The notes under the pieces: generated by a model
Seen by the model: only the letters and a program-made list of their open reading frames with translations
What the model was told of the DNA's origin: nothing
Databases searched by the model: none
In this document: positions 14,365 to 25,666 of the stretch, in pieces
How the letters are laid out: each line of letters begins with the position of its first letter
Position numbering within the stretch: position 1 is the first letter of the stretch
Assembly: GCA_050273025.1 (NCBI GenBank)
Contig: CP158636.1
Coordinates: 3,782,001 to 3,846,000 of the forward strand
DNA: 64,000 bases
Reading direction: 5' to 3'
From: Cenococcum geophilum
Lineage: Eukaryota
Translations under genes and position numbers: made by a program

Positions 14365-14977
14365 CCAGAATACATATGCATTGTAGAACTACTATATACA
14401 GCAAGTTTACCTAAACTGCTTGCCTAGTTCCTTACCACAGTTAACGCAGTAGCTAGTGGACAAAGCCAGCTCCTACCTATATGCACCTAATTTACTCTAT
14501 AAGCCTATCCTTATAGCTTGCCCCTGCCTAAATAAACCGACACGCGCATCTGTCCTTTTGGGCTATACAGATAGTGTCATTAATAAGGTATTAATCCTTC
14601 CTTTAAGACAGGTCCACTAGGAGTTAGAGCCTAGTAAAGGGGTAAGGTTCCTAGAGTTATTTATCGCTGCCTAGAATATATATATATTATAGAACTACTA
14701 TATATAGTAAGTTTGCCTAAACTACTTGCCTAGTTCCTTGCCACGGTTAACGTAGCAGCTGGTAGACAAAGCTAGCTCCTACCTATATGCACCTAATTTG
14801 CTCCATAAGCCTATCCTTATAGCCTACCCCTGCCTAAATAAACCGACACGCGCATCTATCCTTTCGGGCTATATAGACAGTATTATCAACAAGGTATTAA
14901 TCCTTCCTCTAAAACAGGTCCACTAGGAGTTAGAGCCCAATAAAGAGGTAAGGTTTCTGGAGTTGTCCGTCACTGCC
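14365..14977. repeat. Tandem duplication with ~306-bp period inside LINE ORF1
   Basis: agaactactata occurs at 14385 and 14691. The units are colinear and differ mainly by transitions. Confidence 0.88.
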
Positions 14978-15574
14978 ATTATATACCACGCCCCACAGCC
15001 GTTGGCTGCTTTGCGTTACCTATAACGCTCTTACAATAACAGGCCGACTGTATCTTATAGGCGTGGGCCCATAATAACTCAACGCCGCGTAGCTACCGTC
15101 CCTTAGCCGCCTACTAACTAAACTTATTATCCTTTTATCTTAACCAATACCTACATCTAAGTCCGTTCTAGCCTACCTATATAGGTTTATCCTAGCTCTT
15201 TCTTAGTCCATTTTGGATTAACGTCGCCGCCTAAAGAAGGGTGCCCCCAGCTCTTTCTTAGTCCGTTTTAGATTAACGTCGCCACCTAGAGAAAGGTTAA
15301 CGCCGCTACGTAGAAAGGGAGGATTAACGTCGCTAAATGTGGTTAATGGTGTTGAGATTCTTCCTATGCCCTCGCTATAGGTATAGTCTTAGAGCGGAAT
15401 AAGTACAGAGGTGCCCTATCGTCTCCTTAGATTCCTATCGCTTCCACCAGCAAATACAAGCGCTGGCTTGTGGCCCTAGGTCGGCGCCTAGGTAGAGAGA
15501 CGTCAGGTAGTTTTTAAGACCATTCCTCTATTCTTAATAAGTTGCCTTATATTGTTAACAAGCGCCAAAACCCG

Positions 15575-15763
15575 CAAAAACTCTGCTGTTCTAACGGCGT
15601 TAAGGACGACGCATTCAAAAGCGCCCTCTAGCCACGACGTAACGCCGCTACATTAGTAACAGACGAGATCCTCACTCTCAGCTTGACCGTATAGACAAGA
15701 TAAGACGGAAAGGAACCCCTATAGGACAGTATGGGTCGGATCTCGCTTTTAGTATTCCTTTCT
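15575..15763 (-). ncRNA. Candidate structured 5' RNA module of the LINE (second copy at 2700-2887)
   Basis: Complementary blocks gaaagg/cctttc, cgagatcc/ggatctcg, gaccc/gggtt, tctca/tgaga with cttg/caag, and tagcggcgtta/taacgccgtta. Starts at the element's 5' junction. Confidence 0.45.
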
Positions 15764-18732
15764 TAGATATATATTTATATCTATTTAGTAACTATATAAA
15801 AGCCTCCTTTTTATAGGGACCTCTTATAGTTATTAAGTTTGAATATATATATAATATTACTCTAAATTTATCCATATTCTAGGTATTTTTGGCCTATATA
15901 TTAATCTTCCTTTCTACCCCTCTTATAAAGATTTTAAAACGTTTAAATTTGCTTTAATTATGCCCTATTAGTTCTATATAGTTTTTATTAAGTATATAAT
16001 TTAATATTTAATATTAAAAATTTGGTAAAAATAGCTAATTACCTATATTATACCAAAGGGCTTAGTATTACCATTTTAACTAAATATTTAAGCTACTATT
16101 TTGTAACAATTATAAATATAAAGGAGTAAATCTTTATAGGTCCTATTTAAGTACCTAATTAATAAGTAAGACCTCCTATACAGGAGTTAATTATAGCTTA
16201 TATTGGTGTATAAATTGGTTTAATAGCTTGCTATTTAATTAATCGCTTAAAATTAACAAAAGGACACTATATACAAGCACAGCTTTTCGCACAGACGTAT
16301 AAACACCAGATTCGGAATCTACAATAGCCATTTATAAGTTCTGCTTATTTTAGTCCATATTGATCGACTTGTTGTGGAGAAAATAGGTTAATAAATCGGT
16401 GAGTTGATTTTGGTGTGGTGACCGAGTTCGGGAGGCGACCGAGTTCCGGGGGCCCAAGCTTATAGGCTTAAAATAATTGCAAGAGCTAGATCTATTAACG
16501 GTAAAATTTTAGGCCTTATATATGCGCTTATTGCGATATTATAGTTGTTTCTGTAATCTTTAATAATACGATTTCTAACTAAATCGAAATTAATTTAACT
16601 TTAGGCTGTTATTGGCTAATTTAGACTAGATATTTATGAAATATTAGGTCGTCCCTCTAATCGATCAACTTTTAGTAGTATTTTAAGCCGTTGTGGTTAA
16701 GCAATTCGATCGCGAATATAGGGAAAATTATGGAAAATGTCGGAAAATGTAATAAACGTTGGAAAAGTGCCTCAGACGTGATTCTGGTGGTGCACCACGA
16801 ACGTAGTTAGTCATTCGCTTGCGGGCCGATTGACTCCGTTATCTCAGTAAGCAACTTAGACGGCAAGGGTAGAACTTAAGGCGCACTCACTAATACTAAA
16901 GTATTACTAGTTTTTATCCTAAAAAACGCTACTTTTTTTTAACTAATTAGCTATCTACCGACCTTAAGTTCGCCCTGCCGTCTGAGGGCCTTTAGTGCGG
17001 GTTTTGGTGAGGCTTAACTTTAATTTTCACAATTTTGTATAAGAGACACTTTCACCTATATATTTGACTCCCTAATAACACCTATTTAACCTAATAAACT
17101 AATAAGTTAAGTTAGACCAGTCTCCTTTATAATTAATTACTTTTTTATAATAGGGATACTACTTCCTCCTAAGTTACGCGCTTTTAGTATTTGGGTAAAT
17201 ACTAACGCGTTCTTATCCTCCCTACTCTCTAATATTAACTCCCTTTCCCCCTTAACACCGTCCTCTATATCTCTATTACCTTAAAGGCAAATTAGGAAAT
17301 AGCGGAACTGTCTTTACTAGCGCTAAAAGCTCCGGGCGATATAAACATTATAGCGGCAGAATAACTTTAATATAAAGTAATTCCTTAAGGTATGGGTTAC
17401 AGAGGGTGTTAATAATAGATTAGGTGGCCTCTATATTAGTTAGTGGATTTTATTATTATGTTCTGCTTTAGAATAAGCGGAGGTTTATATAGCCCTTTAA
17501 TTAACTAGTTACGTATTAGTAGGGGATATTTCCTTAATAGAACTTATCTAAGAACTTAATATACTGCTTGGGCAGCCATATTTTAATAAGTTTAACCACT
17601 CTACCTCTATAGAGAAGGTTAACTTCTCTTAAGTATTAGAAAAAATTTAATTAACTACTCCTAAATGGACTGTTCTACTTAAAAAGCTTATAAGCAATTA
17701 ACGCTAGGGCTAGAGTAGTTATAAAGGGTTAGGCAATTCTAAGATTGTCTAGCAGTAATTATATTTAATTACTTCTATTATTTATAGGAGTCGTACGCGG
17801 TTTACTGCCAATTTCTTTATAAAAATATTAGGAATCTACCTACTTAGGAGTGATATTAAGCGTTAAGTTATTAAAGTATTAGCTAGGCTGGGTCTCTATA
17901 ATAGTTACAAATACATTAATTAACACCTTATAGATATTGCTAATAATATAAAGGAAGGTTTAACCCCTTAGCCTATATTTTATATAACTAACTAATAAAA
18001 AGAATAAGCTACTAACCCTTGTAGCTAATCCTTAAGCGCTACTAGTTTATAATAATTTTAAAGACGATGTTAGAGATTAAGTGCTCGGATTTTCTGGAAT
18101 AAAAATTCGTAATATAACCACTACGCTTCTTATCCTTTATCCTAAGATTTTAACTACTAGCCTTAAGCAGTTAATGTTTAACCCGTTATAACCGCTTCTT
18201 CTTAATAATAATATTTTATCTTTAGGTCTTCGACGGGACTAGATCTTATAGCAGTTGTTAATATACTTTATTACTACTACTATTCGTCAGCTTTATTTAT
18301 AAGCAGTTAAATATATTTTTAATAATAAGCTAGGTCTTTTTCCTATAGTACTAAAGCTTAACTTACTATCTCCTTAAAAGACTACTCTATAACAGCTAGG
18401 TGCGATCTTTTATAATAAGGGTACAATTGAAGGTATATATAGTGTTTATTAAGATATCTAGATCTATAAACTTGGTCTTAAAGAGGATAATAAGTTAGGT
18501 TATTTTACTTAGCGCCTTTAGCTCGCCTAGGGCGATTAGAAGACCGTTTAGTATATTAGGAGCGTAAAAACTAAGCAGTCTCTTACTAGTTAAGCTTTTA
18601 ACTATTAGGATTGGTTACTTAGGCCACCTACGTTCTTTTATATCCTTTAAAGTTTCCTTTACCTTATAGTTTGCACTTATTGGGAGAGTCCTCCTAGCAC
18701 TTACTTAAAGGCTATACTCCATTATAATATTA

Positions 18733-19308
18733 CCCGTAACGTTTTGGTTTTCGTAAACTTAACCAACACTACCTCACTAGCTAGGTAGCTGCTAGTACGG
18801 TATACAGCCCAGCAAGGAACCCAGCCGATTTTAACTAGCGATTGCTAACAAAACGAAAATTCCTTTAAAACTAAGATAATAAACTATATAGTATATATTA
18901 TTATAATCTAAATTAGTAGAAATAATAAAGAGTCCTATCTCTTTATACCTGCTTACTTTTTAAATATTAAACTCTCTCTAGGAATAAAATCGTTATTTTT
19001 TAGTAAAGAGATAATTAAGGTTCCTATAGTTTTAAATTTTATAGAAGTATAGTAGATTTTTATAATTTAAAAAGTGAGTAGGTATAAAAAGATAGTAATA
19101 ATAAAGAGTTCTAGTAAGTTTAATTATACTATTTATATAGTCTATAGTTTATTATTAAAGTTTTAAATTTTTTAACCGATTTTTGGTTTTGTTAGCGATT
19201 TGCTAGTTAAAATTTTCTGGGTTCCTTGCTGGGCTATACACCGTACTAGCAGCCACCTAGCTAGCGAGGTGGTGTTGGTTAAGTTTACGAAAACTAAAAC
19301 GTCACGGG
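18733..19308. mobile_element. MITE with ~128-bp TIRs and TA TSD (Tc1/mariner-pogo type)
   Basis: ta|cccgtaacgttttggttttcgtaaacttaaccaacac... matches the reverse complement of ...gtgttggttaagtttacgaaaactaaaacgtcacggg|ta. Confidence 0.9.
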
Positions 19309-19502
19309 TAGCTACTAGGACCGGCATCGAATCTTATAAAAGAATGCTAAATTTTATTTTGTTAAGCTATTGATTATATAAGGCTAGACAGTTTAAGTGG
19401 TCGCACTTTAGTATAATATACTTAGTACTAAGGGATAGTTTTAAGGGGTTAATAGCAAGGAAAATAATAGGAAAGAATCCTATAATAATGCTATTATATA
19501 GC

Positions 19503-22500
19503 TGTTGGTATGTATATTTATATCACGTGTATAGAGCACGTGATCTACGCGAGACGTATATATATACTATTAACACTGCATTAGAAAACAAGTAATTATC
19601 TAACAACCAACACCGCATACGTATTGCAATATAGTGATATTTATGTACGTTAATTAAAGTATGTATACCGACACTAATTAGTAGACGTATAGATTAGGAA
19701 ATACGCAATAGCAAAGCTCGAAACCATGTATTAGCTTAACTGCTAACGCGTTAGATTGCAGAGTTATCGCCCTATTTTAGTTAAAGGAGAAAGCTATATT
19801 ACCCTTAAAGCTCGAGACTATGTATTAGCTTAACTGCTGACGCGTTAGATCGCCTAAAGAATTGTATCTTTACTTAGAGAAGATTACAACCTCCCTTAAG
19901 CTTAAGAGAATTTGTACTGGCCTTATAGCCAATATAATAGATCACTAAGAGAATAGCAGTCTTGTTAAGAACACTTTATAGGCCTAATAGCTATAGAGAA
20001 CGTATATATAACCCTTAACCCCAACCTTAACTTTAACCTTAACTCTTACACCTACCCTTATACCTATAACTATGGCATTAACAGAGGAACAAGAATGGGC
20101 TGTAAAGGTTAGGAAACATAGCGGCGGAATTAATTTAGGCGAGACTATAAAGGATAAACTAGCGGAGTTTGTGGAAACAAAGATTTATATATATAAGAAG
20201 GAGGACTTCTTAGACAATACCCTATAGACTATATTTCGAGAAGAATTCGAGGAGTTTACCCTAGAAGACTTTTGAAAGATACGTTTAGATACTAGAGCTA
20301 AGCTGCAAAAACACCTACTTAAAAGAGGAGTATGTGTTGCCAAGTATAATGCCAGAATTACCCTCTCTAATATATTATTTAATATTATTTAAAAAGAAGA
20401 ATAACGTGAATGGACGAACAAGGACCTTATAGCAGCTATTAATAAGATAAAGGGACCGCTAAATACTGGAAGCTTATAAGATCGACTTAATCCCACCCGC
20501 GATAGTCTAGCTATAGGTTTAGCTACTGGCCTAGAATTAGCTTAGCCTATAGCTATAGCTTTAACACCGCCTAGAACATAGATACCTACCCCTATAACAC
20601 CTACCCCTATAACACCTATACCCCGGCAAACTGCGCTAACTGCTACCTAACAGTAGTATTACCTTTAGTATAACCCTTAGTAACCTGGCTAATAGTAGTA
20701 TACCCTATTATAATCTAACCTATAGCAGCAACTAGACCTAGGAGTAGGAGGAACAGCCTTATATAGTAAAGAGGCTACTATAGTGGCAAAGATGTATATA
20801 GATAGCTAGAAATACAATGGAGTTAGCAAAAGCTTTGATTTTAAATTAACTATTTTCGAAGACATCTGTAGAAGAGCTGGCCTATAACTAGACGATTATA
20901 TAATTGCATTCCCTACTATACTAAAGGGACTCGTATAAGATTATTACTATAACCGTACCCTTTCAGCTAGAACGTACCCAGAAGCATATACCCATATACA
21001 GAACTTCTTTAAAGAACCTAAGTTTTATAGAAAGAACCTTATGGAATAGAACGCAATTACACTATAAGACATTATTGACGCAAATACCAACAAGCCTATA
21101 TACCAGTGTCTTCAGCTACTAATTAATAAGCTATGCAAGCAGCAGCATAGAATTAACTCTGAATTTTAAACACTACTATTTCTTACTAATAAACTAGTTA
21201 TAGCTTGCTAGGGAGTTCCTACCTATAGAATTGCCGTCTTAAACCCTGGAGAAGACTTATCTTAGTTAATTAACAAATTGCAGTCTTTAATTATTGTATA
21301 GGAGAAGGAACACCCTAGCTAAGAAGTATATACTACCTTCTTTACGGATCGCCGCTACTATAACCAAAATCGCAACCGAAATAACTGAAATCTTAGCTGT
21401 AACCAAATATACGGACAATTTAATAGTAACAGTAGATCTAAGGGACGTTGCTACATCTACTAAAAAGAGGATTACCGTTTATAGAGATATATAGAGGAGG
21501 AACGTAATAAGGCTAAAGAGGAATATAAAAGCCGCTTTAGCAATTAAACTAAAGGACGGTTTAACAACCGCTTTAAAAAACGCTTTAAGTAGTACATTAT
21601 TGACTGCAAAGGAGACAATAGTGAGGATTTAGAGGACTTTAACAAGATCTTTAAAACGCTTATTACAGACATCAGATCTAAACTTAGTTTAGAAGAGCTA
21701 AAGCAACCTCCTACTACCTACTTTATAACCTTTAGAGACCTTATACCTAATAAAGCAACCCTTATAAGCATAGAGCTGGCCAATAAAGCCTTTACCCACT
21801 TACTAACAGCGGTAGATATAACAGAAACCGCTATAACCGCTCTAAGCACTAATTCTTTCGCATATAGTGCTAATGCTAAATTACAATACACCTTAACCGT
21901 ATTTATGGGCATTATAATAGATATAGGAGCTTTAAGAAAGTCTACAGCTGGTTATAGATAATTTTAGGCACTATAAACTGCGGACTTATCTATAAAATTA
22001 AACACCTTAATAAAGGGCTAAGTTAATATACAGTTCGGAATAGGTACTGCTTCCTTAATTAGAACTATATATATTAACAGTCTAATAGGCAAGATATAGT
22101 TTTATATCATTTAAGCTAATATACTATTCCTACTCTGCCTAGCAGATATAGATAAGCTATAGGTATACTACAATAACCTTAAGAATGTTCTTGTTACCCA
22201 TACTAAGGAAGTGCCAGTAGTATAACGGTTCGGCTACCCCTTCCTTATATAGAACACTTCTCTATAAACTTATCTTTTAGAATCCTTTAATTTAAACCCT
22301 TACTACCTAATAAACACGGAACTATAACAACTATACCGTTGGTTTAGCGACCTATTAGTTAAAAGGCTGTAGAAAGTACTAAACTAAGCTAGCCATAATA
22401 CTAATAAGAAGACTCTTAAATATCTTGCTAAGTACTATTACTATTGCTAAAAGTATAAAAAGTTACTAGGACGGTTCCGCTTCACCTTGCGGGATAACAT

Positions 22501-25500
22501 TGATTTTAACTACTATATTATTGTTAATATTATATATATTAGCGGAAGCCCGTTATTATATATAGTCGATAAGGGAACACGCTTTTAAGCTAGTAGGTAG
22601 TTATAGAATATAAGCGCTAAATATACATGGGATATATTATAGATATACTGGATTAATATATATCTAGGACTACTAGATCTAGTTACACATAACACAGGCA
22701 AGAACTTTATTAGTAAGGAATTTAAACAGTACGTAAGTACTATAGGTATTAATATAAAAGGAATTCCAGTCGAAGCCTATAACTCTATTAGTATAATAGA
22801 ATAATACCATAGACCGCTATAACGCGTATATTAAATAATCACCGTTAAAATCCCTAATATTAATAAAGACATAGCACTATAAATGGCATTTAAGGCTATT
22901 AATAACACCACTGGCCCGGATAGATTAGTCCCTACACTATTAGTATTTGGCGCATACCCTCAAATGGTCAAATTAGATGCACCATTACTATTAGTAATAC
23001 AGCGAGCAAACATAATTAAGAAGGCCATAGCAGAAATTCAGAAACTATAAGCTAGACGTTAAATCGCAGACGCCCTAAATATGCATAACGGACCTAAAAC
23101 TAATGCAGTACACAACCTACTACTAAACTCACCCGTTCTAGTATAGAGAGAAGGAAATATGGGCCAAGCTAGACACTGGGACGGACTATATAACCTACTT
23201 ATAGTTAAAGGAGAAATATATACGGTTAAGTTACTAAATAGACCTATATCTTTCCAATTTACGGTTATTAAACTATACCTACAACCAAAACTAACCGAGG
23301 AGCCTCCTATTTATAACGCCGTAGAGCATATAGAACCTACGCGAATTAACGAACCTGCGCCTCTATTTTAGGAAGCTGCCCCTTAACTAGTACTAAAATG
23401 AGGCCGAGGTCGCCCGCGTAAGTACCCCCTACTTATAGCTATAGCAGATATTATAACTTACCCGCAAGATAATGTCACTTAATTTAGCGCCTTTTAGTAA
23501 AAGGAACTCACCAGTCTACTTAAGAAAGGAGTATTTAAGATTATAAAGCTCGTAAATATACCCTAAGGTATATAACTCTTTAACTTACGCTTTATAAACG
23601 AAATTAAGAACCTAGGTACTAATAAGGCCTTTAAGAAGTCTTAACTAGTTATATAGGCGTATAATAACTAAGAGAAAGAGCTCGTGTTAACTTAATTACT
23701 AACCATTTAGCGAGTTAGCTAGCGACTTATTCTATATATAGCCGCTATAGGGCTACACAGCCTCTACCTATGGGATATATTATAAGCCTATATACAGTTT
23801 ACTATAAACCTAAATTGTGAATTCTATATACGCCCACCTTATAAACTATAGAACGAACTTAAAATTAGCAAGGATACGGTCTTAAAGGTGCTAAAGCCTC
23901 TATACGGAGTACCAGAAGCCAGTAACCACTAGTTTAAGACCTACTATTTATATCATATATAGTAGCTATATATAGACCAATCTACGTACAACCCTTGCCT
24001 TCTCTAAAGCAATAAACCCTTTAGCATTATAGGCCTATAGACTAATAACACCCTATTCTTAGCAGACGAGACCTTTATAGAGGCGGAGTAGAACAAGCTA
24101 TATAAGGTAAAGTTCATAGCTAAAGAGTATAAGCAACTTACGGTCAATACACCCCTTAAATTTAATAGTGGCCTTATTTAACTTATTCTGGATAGAATTA
24201 CCCTTACTTAAGAGCGGCAATACAAAAACCTTAGCCTAATTAGCACTAAACTGGCCACGAGTACTAGCTTAAAAGGAGCTACTTATACTTTAACACCAAA
24301 AGACTAGTATATCGCCCAACGTGCTAGAGGTATATATATTGCGTCTATTTATCAACCAGAGGCCTTATTTAATCTATCCTTTACTACCTAGGTAATTAAC
24401 CCAGTTAAAGACGACACAAAGAGTCTTAATAAGTAATTAAGTTAGCAGATTAAGAACGTAAATAGAGGCTTAAAGTTCATTAAGCTAGATATTAATACCT
24501 TATAACTCCTGGTATTTACGGACGCTTCCTTCGCCAATAATAAGGACCTATCTTCGCAAATTGGCTACGTACTTGTACTAGCGGACGCCTTAAATAAGGT
24601 AAATATTGTTTATTAGTCCTTAACTAAGTACAAAAGAGTTACTAAAAGCGTATTAGCCTTAGAATTATACAGTATAGCGCATAGTTTTAATATAGGCGCT
24701 GTAATTAAATCTACGCTAGATAAGATCTTACAGGTTAACCTACTACTTGTTCTCTATACCGATTCAAAGTCTTTATATAACTATCTTATCCAACTAAGAA
24801 CTACGCAAAAAAAACGCTTAATAATTAATGTAATATGCCTCCGCCAAGCTTATAAGCGGAGACAAATTACTAAAGTTAAGTGGATTAATAGAGACACTAA
24901 CCCTGCGGACGCTATAATAAAGGGTAAGCCTTATACGGCACTATTATAACTTATTAATATAAATTAAGTTAAATTATAGGCCGTAGAGTGGGTTAAGCAA
25001 ACGGATTTAACTTTAGTTTAGTATCACTAAAGGTAGACGCGGGGGCTGCTAAGGCGCTAGTGAAGTCAGGGCCAGCAATATGGCAGAATTTGGCAGAATC
25101 TAGCAACATAGCAGAATTTGGCAGAATTTAACAACACGGCAGAATTTAGTAGAATTCAACAACACGGCAGAATTTGGCAGAATTTAATAACACGGCAGAA
25201 TTTAGCAGAATTTAACAACACGGCAGAATTTAGCAGAATTCGGCAACTCGGCAGAATTTGGCAGAATTCGGTAACTTAGCAGAATTTAGCAGAATTTAAT
25301 AACACAGCAGAATTTGGCAGAATCCGGCAATATAGTAGAATTTGGTAGTATAGCAGAAGTCGGCGGAATGTGGTATATAACGGGCCCTAGCGCCGTTACA
25401 GCTATTGCGTGTTATAGACGGAAGAGCTAGTTATTGCGTATATGCTATAAATAACGGGAATAGCACAATTTAGTTTCTTTTTAGAGTTACTCTAGTATTG

Positions 25501-25666
25501 GTATGTATATTTATATCACGTATATAGAGCACGTAATTTACGTAAGACGCGTATATGTACTATTAACACTGCATTAGAAAATAAGTAATTATCCAATAAC
25601 TAATACCGCATACGTATCGCAATACAGTGATATTTATGCACGTTGATTAAAGTATGTATACCGACA
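19503..25666 (+). mobile_element. Full-length Ty1/Copia element, family B, copy 2 (RIP-degenerate)
   Basis: 171-bp LTRs at 19503-19673 and 25496-25666 with TSD atagc (19498-19502 / 25667-25671). Order is gag, protease, integrase (INNTTGPDRLVPTLLVFGAYP ~22900), RT (LKPLYGVPEA ~23890), RNase H (VFTDASFANNKDLSSQIG ~24510). Confidence 0.95.
25075..25360. repeat. Minisatellite (~28-bp unit ggcagaatttagcagaatttaacaacac, ~10 copies) in the Copia 3' UTR
   Basis: Directly visible. Shorter arrays lie at the equivalent place in copy B1 (~4680-4755). Confidence 0.9.

Larger units (their letters stand above)
10612..15763 (-). mobile_element. Tad-like LINE (non-LTR retrotransposon) with both termini, RIP-degenerate
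   Basis: 15-bp TSD tagatatatatttat (10597-10611 / 15764-15778) and (TAA)n 3' tail. APE endonuclease motifs (I*YNCG ~14200; IIVLGDFN ~13825). RT motifs (SYRPIAL ~12700; LSLDLSGAFNNI ~12480; GI.*GSPLLPILF ~12300; LGFIDDI ~12210). ORF1 remnant at ~14300-15500. Confidence 0.93.

Noticed and set aside
15640..15745. Faint resemblance of the 5' module to 5S rRNA or U3 box B (AGAGUGAG)
   Set aside because: Only scattered short matches; no 5S box C or U3 box A/C/D arrangement can be supported by eye.
25075..25360. Regular repeat array suggestive of CRISPR
   Set aside because: Head-to-tail minisatellite without unique spacers, inside a eukaryotic retrotransposon, with no cas genes.
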